From: Raillietiella orientalis
Taxonomy: Eukaryota
Assembly: GCA_036172245.1 (NCBI GenBank)
Contig: JAYWIR010000013.1
Coordinates: 186,001-250,000, forward strand
DNA length: 64,000 bases
Direction: 5' to 3'
The notes under the pieces are model-generated. The model was not told the DNA's origin. It was given only the letters and a program-made list of their open reading frames with translations, and ran no database searches. A program made the translations under genes and the position numbers. Each line of letters begins with the position of its first letter. The first letter of the stretch is position 1. Shown piece by piece: positions 25,761 through 39,859 of this stretch.

Positions 25761-28700
25761 GTGGCAAAGTCCCAGGAAGCGGGAGCGAAGCCAGACAAGG
25801 AACAGGAAGAAAACAGCACATCATTAGTGGTTTGGGGTACAACTGGGTATTTCATCGCGCACGAAGACTTTGGTACAGCACTGTGCTGTGACCTAATCAC
25901 TTGTGAGTCATGTGTCCATCTGAAAAGCATCCGTGCATTTTGTCATCCAAAATGAGAAAAGGTCTTAAGCAATTAGTAAGTAACTTGAATTATGAAGCGA
26001 AATTGATGTTTTTAATAAGCATTTGTTCCGTGATTCGCACTTGCTGTGGTTGCATTTCTCTTTATTTGTAAAGACAACTAATTCCCGATGTCCAATGCCG
26101 TTCGTTTCTCGAGTAACACCACCCACTTCTTGCACAACATCGAATTAACGATGCTCATTTAAATAACATACACTATCGGACTCTATTTGAGTCTTTAGCT
26201 TGAGAATGCGTTGAGACATTCAGTGATGTTTTTTCAATCTAACCGTTTAGAGCTACTCATTGGTGTGTGGTAGGATAGGGTGTCGACTACTCTATTGTAC
26301 AGTACACCAAGTCATAGCTCCAAACAGTTACACAGGAAAAATATTCATACGGTTTCCGTCGTAACCCAAGAATCCACAATGCACCTTCATGCACTGATTA
26401 CAGATGTCGCATCACGAAGAGACATCTTTCAAACTCTTCCAAATAGAAAGTAAGATACATAAAAGGGAAAACTCATCATCCAAGGCTGACTTGATGGGAA
26501 CCCACACGAGCTAGAACGTCCATATACAAAAGGGAAGAGAAAGACATGGAATCTAGAATTGAAGATGAGCACATAACTAGCATCCCAGCTGTTTTTGTTA
26601 ACCCCTCACCTTGTCAACAAAATGGCATCAACAGGGCACGAAATAAAGGAAAAGTAGCTACAAAAGTTACGATTCGGATGATGGAAGTGATAAGTGTGGA
26701 GGCATGTGGCCTAAGTGCATGGTGGTGATGCGATGATACAGCCCAAGATTTGCTGTTGTGGAAGGGGTCTATGCATCAGAATCCACTGAAACTTCAGAAA
26801 AGACCTTATAAGAGTCCAAACGTATTTACTCATCCAAACATGAATTGCAAGAAAAAAGCGGACGTTACTTTGCAATCATTTTTTTTTTTTTAATGATGAC
26901 TTCAACGGATTGGCAGTCTGTTTGTGCAAATAACCTAAATGCAGTTCTCCCAATATCCGATAGCTGCTTCTGAGTACCATTGTGATGCTGGATGCGTTCT
27001 TTGTCAATCTCCCCATAGCGGGCAGCAACCTTCAGATCAGCCTCGCACAGGCTTTTCCAATGTGCCAGAACCAGCATGCAACCTCCTCAGTAAATCAGTT
27101 ATCAGTATCGCTGGCGTTTCGAGGAATCCTGCCGCACATTTCATTAGGAGTCCCGTCTACACAAGTACCAGATCCATCGATACTGTGGGCGAACTTTTTG
27201 TGTACAGGTAAACATTAAAGAAACAAGTACAGGCATTGTACATTTTACAAAGAGAAAAGGAGAATAAAATATCCGCAACGATTGGTGCTCGATAATCTAA
27301 TTAGTGCAGGTCCTCATTGCAGAGGCGACATTGCACTATAACACACTAAAGAAGCGAAAAGAATTCTACGGAAAACTCATTATCTATCAAGTCTCGCATA
27401 TAGAGCAATTAATTCCAGGAAATGCTCGTTTAGCGCAATTAGCTGAGGATGGAAACAAGAAACAATAGCATGAATTCAGCCATTTATTGCCATCAAGTCG
27501 TTTGCCTATTAATCCCGGAATCGAAGCTGCTCTGAAATGCTAAATGAGACCCTGATCTCAGCGGAAAAGTGGGAGCAGAATGCTGCACCACTTGCTTTTC
27601 CAAAAGTACCAATGAATGCTTTATGGCACATCCATCAGCGACACGTACCATCTAAAATAGACCTGTCGAATGCGCAGCCCGCTTACCATTCCTGTGGATG
27701 CAGGAAGGCATTGGTATACAAACTTCTCTCTCTTATCAAGGTCTGAGCCCACTAGCAAACTCGAAGATTCCCCTCTACCGAGTGGAGCACAGATCACATG
27801 AACATTCGAGACCTTCTCTTGCGCAGTTTCTTTCTGCGTGGTGAGAGCGTGCATGCACATGGTTCTTGCAACTGTCTGCGAAGAGGAAGATTAGCTTCAA
27901 ACACACACAGAAGCCTTGGTCTCGATAAAAGTGTGATGACCATTCCCTCTGTGCGTACCCATCTGGGGCTTCCTCCAAAGCCAAGGGTGGTTTCGGATTG
28001 GCGACCAAAACTTCAGGATGAAAAAGAAATTCCAAGCGAGGTGGAGAATTCTGCAGTCCACCAGCGAAAGTACCCAAGCCGCCGCATCGCTTGTGCGATA
28101 TGCGAGGAAGCTGTAAACGCAGATGAAGTCTGAAACGGAGCATTGCGAAACGCAGCATGAAATGAATGCAAACATGAAATCGCGAAGGGTGAGGGCTTGA
28201 AAAGGATGGGGAAAAGGAAAAAAAAAAAAAAAAATGCAATCGTGTAGCAAGGCGAGCAAATGATGATACCCACAGGCAAGTTCAGGCTCTCGATGTATTT
28301 TTTCAGGTTTCCACGGAAAGCTGGTTTTGTTCCGTCGCACGCATCCCACGCCGGGGTTCAAAGGAGTCGCCGCCATCCCTCTTTGCTTGACGGCTCTTAT
28401 GCGAAAACGGATGATATAAGTTCACTCACAGAACGAAAAGAAGAAAATTCTTTTTGAACGGAAGTCCAAACCACAGCGAACTGCTGAAAAGATCAAGGAT
28501 TCAGATGTCAACCATCAACACAGGTCATAAGTTGAGGAATTAAGTCGAACCATTCCATGATGCTAATTCTGCATGGCCTAATGGCGCACCTGTTCACGGT
28601 ATCAACAACTACAGTCATAGGGCTGGAAACTCTGGTAGAAGGTGTATAAAAAGGCAGAGGAAAATGATTGGCCCAATACCAGCACGTTCTGGGATGATGG

Positions 28701-29229
28701 TATGATGCGTCGGGATTCTTCATGCAACGTCGTTGATTGGAATTCAGATTCAGAAAGCCATGCCACCTAAACGGCGAACTGCATCCCCTTTCAGAGACTC
28801 CAGGCTTGCAGATTGGGAAGAAGCGAATCCGTCTCCTTGGAGGCGTAATGTTCCACCTAACGCCTGGTGATGGAACAGCAGTTTAGGGTAATCCAACTCA
28901 GCAGCAGAACAAAGTTAGCCATTAAAGGAGATGCTGGTGTCGAACTCATCTCGAGGAACATTTACTTCTTTTACTGGTATATCACAGAGTTAAACACTTG
29001 CTTAGCAACCAAAACCGATATCGGAAGTTGAAGAGGGGAATTGCCACCCTAGGCTTGCCACAATTGAAGACAATCGTGAAACTTGAAGGGATTGGGGGTG
29101 AGGATCCAAGGTTGCCCTCCACTTGAGTCACCTGTGACCAAATGGAAGACCAACTTTGCAAATACAGAACAACCCGTTTTTTTCTCTGTGTGCATAACAA
29201 AAGATCGCAAAGAAATTCAGGTCTTTCGC

Positions 29230-29340
29230 TCTTGTTTAGATGACTGGTGCGACCGTTGCTCAGGAAAGCTTCGCCGAATTTTCCACCTACTATGTGACGG
29301 ACCCCCTCCTGAAGAACTTGGAACAGCTTCTCACTCAGTT
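29230..29340 (+). mobile_element. LINE C-terminal CCHC zinc-knuckle remnant
   Basis: WCDRCSGKLRRIFHLLCDGP resembles the CxxCx8HLLxDCP consensus. Confidence 0.35.
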
Positions 29341-30029
29341 CCAGATACAATCGATGAGGGGAAAAAAAATGTCTTATTGTTTTTGGGGGAAGCTGTATAA
29401 ACGTATCTGTAGGACTTCAGAAAACAAATCCTATTCACAGGATCGTACATCAGGAATTTTGTTTTTGTTTTTTTCATTAGAAACTTCAGAATGCAACACG
29501 CCAAGAAAGCTTTGGTGAGTTGTCTGATCTGCAACCACTGTATGACGAGCTCCCTAAGGCACTTCTAATCCCCACCAGACGGTCCTGCTGAGGGATCTAG
29601 ATGATTTTTCCAGAATACTGAAAAATAGTTGAGTGAGATCAGTATTTGTGGAATTTTCAGTTGATCTTCAAAAGTCTCGGTGCTTTCGCGAATAACAAAA
29701 CCAGTGATACGCCCTCTCAGCTATCAGATGACAAATGGCTGACGGAACCGGAAGTCGCTTGTTATTTGACAAACCACTAAATGCACAATGGGCACTGATG
29801 AGGTTTTTACCCGGTGACGGCATGGCGTTTTTTTTTTTAAAAAAACAAACAAACAAACCACAAGTTAGAGGGGAATGGAGTCTCCTCAATGCAAGAGATG
29901 CACCAAAAAAAGAAGTTCAATCGGGACGACCACACATAGGCAGGTCGGCTTTTAGAGAAGTCAGGAATGGAGGAAGGGGATAAGAAATAAATTAAAAAAA
30001 AAGGGGACAAGATGGGGTAAGGACGTGTG

Positions 30030-31287
30030 TGGAGGTTCCTTCAACCATCTCCCTTGTCCTCTGCACGGCTGTCACGTGTATGGAGTTGCTGCACTCAGAG
30101 GCATCCAGCAGGGCGTCACCTTCAGTCCTTTGCTCTTCAGCATCTACTCCGAGTTGGTGCTGAGAGCGTACAGGCTGACAAGGCCAGCCTGCCAAGTTTC
30201 TGCCCGTGCACGCCTGTAGTACCAGACCACGAGGACGACCTGCTTCTCCTGATGCCCTTGTCCACTCCGGCAGCTAGGCTCGAAGACTTCGAGCTGATCC
30301 AAACAGTAGACATGTGCGCCAACAGAAAGAAGCACTTGGCCGTACCGGTGGACACATCGTGGGAGAAGCAGGCTGACTGGATTTCAACGGACAGTTTCTT
30401 GAAGTACCTTGGCGTTCCGTTGGCGACTCCTGCTCAGCAGAAACGTGGTCGGCCTGTCTTCAGAAGGCCGAGATTGCTCTCCACCCAAATGGTCCCTAAC
30501 GGCAAGTTCGTTCGTCTTGTCGGAGCGGGACTTTATTTGGTACACTTTCGTTCTCCCCCTCCTTCTCCCTTTATTTTTTACACGCCCTTCCCCTCATTCG
30601 GTGAAGATCCGGGCTCAGCACCCCCTCAGGAAAGCCTTATGGGGAGCTGCAAGGTCCCAGTTCCGTCTAAAAAGCTTGTTGGTGCAGCACCAGGATTCCA
30701 GTTTGGGCATCTGGTTTTTCTCAAAGTCGGACTGCAGGTGCAGTTGCGTCTACGAAAGCTCTGTGGGAAATTGTGAACTTCGTGGGGTATTTCGGCGATG
30801 CGCTAGAAGTGATAGACTTCTTTTGCCGCTTTCGCGCAGCCGGCAGAGGATGACTGGTTTCGGCTACCCCTGAGGTATCTGTCCCCACTTCTGGTTCTCC
30901 TGTCGGCCAATAAACTGGAATGCCTGGAGGGAGGAAGCACTGGAGTCCGGAGTTGACATTTTGGAAGTGTTTCCAGGGGAGCTTCGTTCGCTGCGGAAAG
31001 TTCTCTGCAAACCATCTCTAGAAGCTGTCCCGCAGAACTGGACTCAGTGGTTTCGGATACACGTCATATCCCTTGCCGCAGCACTGTCTGCCCTCGAGGC
31101 AAACAGTGACAGCAGCCAACCGGCGGGTTGGGATTTCTCCTGCAAAATCGCAGGAGTCGAGAAACTCCTCGACGGCTGGAAGAGGAACGAGCGTCGATAC
31201 TTCCCTCTGCCGGGCTCCTCCTGTGAAGCAACTTGTTTGCTTTATCACCGGTCACGCCGGGACGTCTATTATAAAAAATAAACATAC
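30030..31287 (+). mobile_element. 5'-truncated, frameshifted L1/Tx1-like non-LTR retrotransposon (RT to 3' end)
   Basis: RT motifs appear in order: RGIQQGVTFSPLLFSIYSE (GxxQGxxLSPxLF), HEDDLLLL (decayed YADD) and FLKYLGVPL. It ends with ccggtcacgccggg (31248-31261) and taaaaaataaacataca. Confidence 0.75.
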
Positions 31288-31419
31288 ATATGTAGAGCCA
31301 TCGGCCCTACATTGTCCGAAAATTCTCGGAACCTGCCGAATAAGCGGCACGCAGGCCGGCGAGGTTCGCTTCTGCAGCAGAGGTGGAGGGGCGAACAAAA
31401 TTAAAAAGAAAACCAAAAA

Positions 31420-32680
31420 ATATATCCAATAAAATTTGGAAGGTTAAGGAAGGGGTCACCGGGTGCTGGAGAGCGTCCCTTGCATCCTTTCCAGGATGTC
31501 GGCAAGTTCCACCCGAGAATGCTCCCCGAGGGGCCATCTTGCTGCCGTCCGCAGCAAGCGCAGAGCGAAGCAGACGCCGTCCTCCTCTCGCGCAGCTCCA
31601 GGTCGCTACAATCCCACGTAGGCAGCAAAGAGCTGCTGGAGATGCGCCGGACGAAAGGGCATAGCACACGAAAAGGAGCTTCACCACGTGCATGGGATTG
31701 TCCGTCGGTGCACCAAGGGCCGTTGACTAACACAACCACAGGGGCTGGAGGGCATCACAGTCTACAAGCAGGTGCGGGAGATTCCTGTCTTTCACACCTG
31801 CAACAGTTGGGGTCCACAGCTCCTCCCGGGCTCAGTGAGACCGGCGGGCATTGCAGGTGGATATCCCAGTGCAACAGCAAAAGTCCTGACTGCGGCCACT
31901 TCAGGGGGAGGAGCCCGGTTGTTCTTCATCCCTTGGAGTCACTCGAGGTCTACTTGTAGGATTTCCAGCAGCTCACCCCAGCGTAATAGTTCCTTCGGTG
32001 GGGCACTTGGGGTCGCAGCGTCCATGAGCTGGCTCGTGGTCCAACCACCTAGTTTCCTCGTCTTCTGACTGATTTCGCAACTGATCTCCTATCTGAAGGG
32101 CTGGTTACTACCCAAGTACTCCCTGTGGCAGGGCAGTGCAGCGGCTAGAGAGGTTCTTTGCGCCCACTCACACATGGTAGGTTATACGATGACGTCTTTC
32201 AAAAAGCGGTTGTTGTAGAAAGAGTGCAGTAGTCGCTGCCCTCCCACACGTCCAGACTCACTTCGTTGTTCTCGGCCCATGTGCGAACGGTTTCCTGCAA
32301 CCAGGCACTACCGTTCGCGGGCCGGCAGAAGATCCAGTTGTTGGTCCTGGTCAGCTTGGCCACTCGCCGGAGATCCAGTCCGCAGCTGGACTCGTTTCGT
32401 CTGCGCAGCCGTGCCAGAAACAAAGACAGTCCCGTATAGCCGGTAGCTCGCTTGACCAGGTATCGTGCGCACTCGCACCAGTTCCTACTCCAAAGCTTCT
32501 TTACTAGGGCAAGCGTCCTCCACTAGCGCTGCCGCTCTAGGTGCTCCAGAGTTCAGGAGACCGAGGTCCCCGTCGCGAAGCCGAGTGCCTTCAGGCGAAC
32601 TCGGATCTTTCCTGTGCTCCAGAGGGCGATTCTGAGGAGGTTCTTCGTCCGCCTCTCTAAACTTCTCGACGGAGGGCAAA
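31420..32680 (-). mobile_element. degenerate L1/Tx1-like element, tail-to-tail with the 30.0-31.3 kb copy
   Basis: Minus-strand peptide remnants appear in LINE order: GLDLRRVAKL..LQETV..VWEG, RKLGG, TWSCARGGRRLLRSAL. Confidence 0.35.
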
Positions 32681-32759
32681 CAAAAAGTAGGGGACGGAAG
32701 AGGTCACGAACGTATTTCACACCGCGAATCGTTCCAGCAAGAGAAACTTGCCATCATGG

Positions 32760-33300
32760 AACGGGCCGATCGCCAACTCTGCCTTCTGGCAACCTGCTTG
32801 ATGTGTCTCCGCCAGGAACTCAAAACCCCTTCCCCCCTGTGTGAGACATTATGGTGCTACTTACACGGTGGAAATGGGGCGTTCGGGAATTTGCAATGGG
32901 AATTTTGCAGGTGTGTACACTGGTTTCAGGCAACTGGTTTCCTGGGAAGATGCTTTCCCGAACTGTTTGGGGTTGTTGGACTGCAGTGCCCTGTAGGGAG
33001 CGTGCTGGAGACACGCCTCGACGGCCCTCCATCCTCAGGACACTGCTTAGCACTTGCTGTGGAGATTTTTCACACTACGCGGGCTGTCGGCAAATGACTT
33101 GGTCGCAACGAGATGCTGCTCATCCGCCCCATCGTCGCAGCCCACTCCGTAATGGGGTCTCATTTGCAGCGAAGGGAGGCCATCCGAATGGCAGCAGCCT
33201 CGATGAGGATGGCTACGAAGAGTGGCCTCTCCTGCAAGGAGGAGTCGGCAGGGAACTTGTCAGCATTCAAGGCCAGCTACAGGTAGGAAGGAGAAGCCGC
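32760..33300 (+). mobile_element. degenerate L1-like RT fragment
   Basis: CLRQELKTPSPL resembles RQGxPLSP. NGVSFAAKG..N resembles the post-RT LSxxGRxxxxN motif. Weak. Confidence 0.25.
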
Positions 33301-34719
33301 AACCAAAGGCTTCCTGACTCTACCCTATCCCCCTTTTTTTTTCACTCTATTTCTTGTCCCCTTCCTCCATTCCGGACTTCTCTAACAGGAGGCCTACGCA
33401 TCGGCGGTGGTCCCGATTGAGCTTTTTTTTTTTTTTTGGCGCATGTCTTGCATTGGGGTTTAGTTGCAGTTTATTTGTTGTGGTTTATTTATTTTCTTAA
33501 AAAAAATAAACGTTTCGGCGTGCCCATGTACGAACCTAAATGCACAGTTCGAAAGTTCGATTCACCCTCAGCTTGCCTGGACCACATGCCACTTAAAAGC
33601 GTTTCGTATTCAACTTCAGCTCTTGGGAAAACAAAGCCAATGACCACGCACGCTTGTTGCCGCCCTTTCGGGAACAAGAAGTGCGTTTTCATCGTGGCGT
33701 TTTCATGGCGATGAAATGCACGCTTTGGGAACGGGTCCAAGAAAAGCTCTGCAAATTTTGGATCGGGTGATTCTGGGAAATGCTTTTGCTGTTTGCAATA
33801 GATGATGGAGAAGACCACGACGCCTACATCTCATCTAGCCGAAATTTAATGCCGTTTCAGAGTTTGTGCAACGCCCGCATGGCTTCTTTGCCTATGCTTA
33901 AAAATAAAAAAAATTATCACGGCATTTTTGGAAGCACGGCAGCTGGAAATGAAAATTTTCATCTATAAAACTCAGTCAACCTAAAGGAAGATCATTTCTG
34001 GCTTTTGGAACCTGAGTTCATCATTACAACCTGCATCCACGAAAGTCTTCGTGGCTGACTTTGGCAGAGTATTTACCAATAGGACACTATTGGTAACTGC
34101 CCTCACCAAAATAATATTGAGTCATTGAATCGGACATTCGCAAAGCGTAAACTAAGAGTCAATAAGTACTTATGTTTAAATCTAGTATCAAGCTAACAAA
34201 TGTTTCATGTGAAATTAGCTTCAGGCACTGATGGTTTGCTGAGACTCCTGTGACGGACCGCAATCCTGTGACCTCCAGACTTGGAGATTGTTCTTGGCGT
34301 ACTTTAACTTTAATAGGACTGATATCAAAGTTTCTTGAATAGCAACCGCGCTTTCAGCATTGCAAGCAATGAATCTCCCATTTCATCAAATGGTACTTAG
34401 CAGCTATGAAGGCAAGCATTTCAAATCGGTTAATTTGAACAGTGGAAAAATATTCTCGCAGTTTGCCAAAAAGTTCTTTTGGACACGTTTTGTTGCCAAG
34501 GAACCAGAATCGCTACCTCCACAGAACGGTCTTCCGAAGGAATTATCCGACTTTCACTTTGCAAATGGTGCTGCTTTCATTCTGGTTCTAATTCTAAGAG
34601 GATCAAAAGTTTGCAGCTTGGTCAGAGCGTTAAAACTTAAACAAGCTATGCCTTCAGTGAAACGAAAATAGGTTTCCCATGAAGGTTTTTTGTTTCCCAA
34701 GAAGAGAAGCAAATAACGG

Positions 34720-35110
34720 CAATTCTTCAGTAAACAAGTTCAATTTCATTAGCAAGTTCCTGCATTTTTTCAGAATGCAGTAGGTGTGGGGGAATGTTAA
34801 ATAATTCTCGAATTCAGTGGGAGCCATACTCGCTGGCACACCAAGTAAAACGTCACCAAGCCTTCACCATGTGTAGAAACCATCTTCCGGTTACTTTTCG
34901 AGCGGACAAGGGTCTCTGGCCAGCTTGCTTCCAGCTGATGGTTTCTTTCGACAAGTATGTGCATCGTTATATTAAGAAGAACTTATGCATTCAGTTTTAA
35001 TAAACAAAAATTATAATTGGGATGGTAACTTAGAAAGAGTTGAATTGAAAGATACTGCTCGAAGAGGTGGAAGCGAGGTAGCGACCAAGGAAGAGTGAGA
35101 ATGGAGGCGT
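34720..35110 (+). mobile_element. RTE-clade LINE 3' remnant
   Basis: HQAFTMCRNHL resembles AFEMWCWRR. DGNLERVELK followed by a decayed RGRPR..W segment resembles the RTE C-terminus. Confidence 0.35.
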
Positions 35111-36799
35111 GAGGCTCATGCATACTTATGGCATCTGTTCCTCCATATGCATGCGGAAAATGAACTGTCCTTCAATTGATGCAAAATATCGAAAATCAGG
35201 AAATATTATCTGACTGAGCTGAGCCATGGTAAGTGGACAGAAGAGTGCCATAATACGATTTATATGGAATGAATGCAACTTTGATGAAACTGCAGTGGCT
35301 ATAATATGATCGGTACATCACTACATTGCAAACATCCATAATCCCAAGTGAATATTCAATTCGGTGCAATGATTCTCGGATTAATACAGGCTGGAAGAGA
35401 TACTGTCTTTTCCATAGTGAGTTAAATTTATTGATGCTCTTCCAGGTATTTGCTATGACTCCGTAAGTTTGTTCTCAGACCCTATCTCCAAGTCTGTCCG
35501 TTCAGGTGGTCTGCTCGCAACGTATGTTTGTTCTCGAGTTCTATCTTCAAGTCTGTTTCCTATCAATCACTCTTTACATATCAACCTGTAATTCTCAGTG
35601 GACTTTGTGCTTTCTAGGAGAAAAAAAATCATCATTGAAAAAGTAACATCTCCCGATGAGGAAAATTAATGAATTCAAAATTATCGAGAATGCACCATCA
35701 CATGCACATCACCAGTTTCTCTGGAAATGCAGGAATGATTTCTTGAAACTGGTCATCAGTCGTGAAACTCTTAGACATCTACCTCTGTCTTCAAGGACTA
35801 GAAGAACATATTTCCTTCCGTATGAACAAAGCTCCCTATATTTAAGCACCGACGTGTTCACGAACATTTCTCTCCATGCCTGCACCTTTCAAACAGGGGA
35901 TTTTTTATTTTTTTGCTCGCGTGCACCCACAACTTATTCTTGGAAGAAAAAGCTGCTGATCTGTAGGAACGCTGCTGCCGAAGCTATCGACAAATCGAAA
36001 TACGTCTTCCAAACCTCTTGATCTCTAAACAAAAAATAGATCTAAACATTAAATCATGCCGTTTCCCCTTCTGAGATTAGTGTCTTGCAACCACCCTTTC
36101 GAGTCCATAAGGTCATCATCGACCTATCGACTTATACCGTAACATCCAGAACAAAAAGCATCCAACCCAAATGTGAACCAGAAAGCAACTTGGCATTCCA
36201 GCTTGCTCCTACTTTCGTCGAAACGATTCTCCGTTTTTACTGGTGCTCCACTTCCCTGCGCTGCTGCCTCCCCGATGCTGACGCACAAGTCGCCGCATGC
36301 AATCCTTGAAAGTGCTTTCCCTCTGTATGACTGGCTGAAACAGGACGAGCTTCTTCATCCGAAATCACTGCAACAGATGAGCATAAAAAGCACCGAAGAA
36401 TCGATGGTGAACGATAAATGTCTTTCTAATAGAACCAGAGCTTCCAAACAGCCTACTGAAGGCGTCACGTATGACAGTGATTGAATGGAAAAAGCCCAGA
36501 GTACAGAGCCTATAAGGGGACCGTATACATTCACGTATATACGCAGGAGGATGGGAATCAGATGTAATCAAGCTGGCCCAAAGGTGGTTCGTGTTAATAG
36601 AAGTACCGTGCACTCAATGACTTTCTCATTGGCGTAATCTTTCTTTCGAGGTCATTCTCGGAACGCGTAGCCGGTTGACGTAGAAAATCCGGGATCAGTT
36701 ACTCCGTGCCTGATTTCTCCAGAAAATCGGCTTCTTCAGTCCTGCAGAATCCATTCGTCCGCTCCTTCTGCATTTGGTTGGCAGGTAAGGCTCTGTGGC

Positions 36800-37430
36800 A
36801 CGCTGCTTGTGGGGAGCGGATCGATTCGCCCGAGCTAGGCTCCAGCTGTTTCCGGAGGACGCAAAGAGGGTAGCTCTAAAGAGTCGCCAGAAACTTTCCC
36901 TTTGCGCAAGGATCTTCCATCCTGGGAAATCGTGAACGGGTTCGATCGATACAGGTTGGGGTTCCCGGCTCACACGTTCACCGGAAGAAAAGCTGCCCGC
37001 TCTTTGACAGCATGTACATTCAGCCGCGAGAGCCGTCGTCGACCGATGACGCCACAGGAACCTGCAGAAGGCGACGGATTCACCAAGAGTGCGGAAGATG
37101 ATTCTCCGAGAAGCGGCCCAAATGTTTCCACACTTCTTTTTTTCATTTCCGGACAAATCGTCCTCCAGATTACTAGGGATATTTGGATGGGGGAGGACTT
37201 CCCAAACTTTTAAAAATCCTCGTTCTCTCCACATCGCGAAATTCTTCAGGGAGTTTCTGTTTCTGAGTGAGCAGGAAGATGGATGCGAACCGAAAGTGGA
37301 GGTTTCGCGGGAAACTCGATGGCTTCCTGGCAGGGAGTTTGAAGAAGACGACCGAGCATGGGATGAAACCGTCTCGAGAGGACGAAGCAGTCCTGCAGCA
37401 AGAAGAATCGCCTACGATTTATGAACAGCA
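36800..37430 (+). mobile_element. possible Gypsy-type integrase C-terminal remnant
   Basis: YRLGFPAHTFTGRKAA resembles YRxTPHxxTGxSPA, and RWLPG follows downstream. Weak. Confidence 0.25.
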
Positions 37431-37904
37431 TCGCGCTAGTATTTATGGTTACCATCGTCTGCTATCTATGACCTCCACCATTGTGGGCTTCCGAGAAGTT
37501 GCAGATGCTTTCCTGAAGCCCTCTGGAGTGCAAGAACGAAGTGGAGTAGCATGCTTCATGCTGGAAAGAGTTGATGATTCCAGAGCAAAAAGGAGGAATA
37601 AACTGGGAAGAGAATCTTCCAACATAGGATGACAGATTGAGAAAAACAACATACAATCTGGGGGACCGGAGGAAACTGAAACACGAGATGGCTTGCAGTT
37701 GTCCTTTGGCTGGTTCACCCTCTCTACTGATACAGCTGTCGAGGGGAGGTTTCTGGCCCAAACTTTCTCAGCCATCTTGCCAAAGAACGACTCCAATGGA
37801 TCCACTTGCCTGCACTCGTGATAAGCAGGACCGAACTCCTCGGAGAAAAATTCCACAGGGCCACGCGTTGGCCCTGCCCACCAATGTTGCCGCACTTGTA
37901 TCTC

Positions 37905-38665
37905 TAGTGCTGCCGACTTGCCCGCGTTGGCGACCCTGTGGCTGCGGTCTCCACGCGCGGCACCCCTAAGAGTCGCGGGCTGGAATCCCGCCCAGGAAGA
38001 AGCAGCGACGCCGAGAAATGGAGAAGGTACTTCGTGGGTTTCGAATCCTTTCCGCAGGATGGCGCTCGTTGGTCTATAGGTTTCGGGTGCAAGCCGAGAA
38101 TCAGATGCCCTCGTTGACCGGCCGGGACTGGAAGTTGACTCTCCGGGTTCTTCCAAGAATCAAGGAGAGCCGGTTTCCTTTGGGATTTCTTTCCGGTTGT
38201 GAAACCCGAAGCCCCTCTTCTCGGAAGGGGATCTTCCAGCGCGTACCATGGAGCTGGTTATCCTCCTTCTCGGGGAGTTGCCATTCCAGAGTGTGAAGAA
38301 GAGCGCTGCGTTCTTCGGAGAACGGACCCTTTCAGAGGAAATGGAAAGCGTTCTTCGGGGTTCTCTCCAGAGGAGGAAGAAGCGGAGCGGTTCTCTTGCA
38401 GGTTGCCTCCGGAGAATAAATTCCAGGAGCGTATTCTTTCCCGGTTCCCTTCGGAGAAGAAAAGAGTGACCCCTTTGGGATACCCTTCCAGAGAGAATAA
38501 GGAAGTGGTTCTTTTGGGGTTTCCCTCCCAAGCTTAAGAGGAACGGACTGCTACCTTCGGAACCTTCCTGGACTCATAGATGTCCCCCTGGGATCACGCC
38601 CTAACTTGAAAAGTTGCGCGCACCCTCGGGTAGCATGGACAGTGCTAAAGAGCTTCGTGATCCTC
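37905..38665 (-). repeat. unclassified dispersed repeat, copy 3 (inverted)
   Basis: Contains gcgtaccatggagctgg near 38240 and ttcggggttctct. Its reverse complement is colinear with copy 1. Confidence 0.75.
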
Positions 38666-39239
38666 CTTCACCCCTTCCCCCCCTTCCCTGCATCCTCCGA
38701 GGAGGCGGGAGTTTCTTCAGCACTTGGCAAACCAAAAAAAGAATAGCTGGAAGGAAAGTAGAGAAAGCAGAACTCCAAAAAGACTTTCATCATGAGACTG
38801 CAGGGACAGAGTGGGTCCAGCATGGGCCGGTCAGCTGATCAGCAAGGTCGCCGCGATCAGCCTGGGAAGTGGGAGGCAGAGGAGAAGGGATACGCAGGCA
38901 TTTCCTACCAGATGTCTCCGTAGGTTCACCTCCACATCTTTCGGGTCCTCTCGACTCTTGAAACTCGACTTCGGTTCTCGAGCAGGACACTTCTTGGGTC
39001 CGAGGGTCGGAATTTTTAGTCTGGTCAATCCGAGGAGTTTATCCAATAGCAGAAAAAACAAGTTGGGAACCCGGTTTCCAGAAGAGGCAAGGATAAGTTC
39101 TCGGAGAGAGGTCACCGACACGCAGATCGCTTACTTAAAAAATCCGGAAAACGAGGGAGGTGGCAGTGAATAATGGAAAAAGGAAGAGAGGGAGGGAGAA
39201 GGGGTCTTTGGTTTGAACTGTTCCCTTCTTCAAGAGCCA

Positions 39240-39630
39240 GCGCAGAATGCAGGCGATTTCTCTGGGCACTTCTTGTAGACCTGGGCGACTGCCATGAGGA
39301 CGACCTCCCCTGGCTGCTAGCAGGACTCCATCACGTGGCACGATGCGACGACGATGGCGCCGATGCAACTTATTGTCGCAGTAACGACGCCTGTCGGAAG
39401 TCCTTGGCGGTGCCCCCTGTACGCGGCAGCTCTCAGGCCAAAGTGAGGCCAGTCGCCGAAACCGAACGTCCGCTTTGGCTGCGCGGCACCAGCGACAGAG
39501 CCGGCAGCCAAAGGATGGGGGGACACCATGCAGTGGTCCACAGCGTGGCACAATGCGCCAGTTGTCGGAACCACGCCTGCAGTCCTATCTTGTCCGTTGC
39601 CAGGGTGCCCAAGCCAGCATCCTGATAAGC
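39240..39630 (+). mobile_element. degenerate L1-like ORF2 fragment
   Basis: RRFLW...LPW, then CASCRNHACS resembling a zinc knuckle. Confidence 0.3.
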
Positions 39631-39859
39631 GTCGCCACGATGTATTTCATGCGGATCCCCACAGGGACTTCCGAAGACCGAGCTGTGCGTCCCGGTGGAC
39701 GAAATTCTTCCCACTGGAGAGAGCTCATTCCTCTAATAGAACCAGTACTCGTCCTTAAATAGCTCTTCGGGCAGCGGGACGCGAAGGAAGAGAATGCGGT
39801 CGTGGAACTTGAAACTGCCGCAAAAGATGAAACGGACTACCAGCAAGCGAGGTGCATTC

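Noticed and set aside
35462..35556. Two ~36-bp direct repeats with a 23-nt spacer (CRISPR-like geometry)
   Set aside because: Only two imperfect copies, eukaryotic context and no cas genes; a local tandem duplication.
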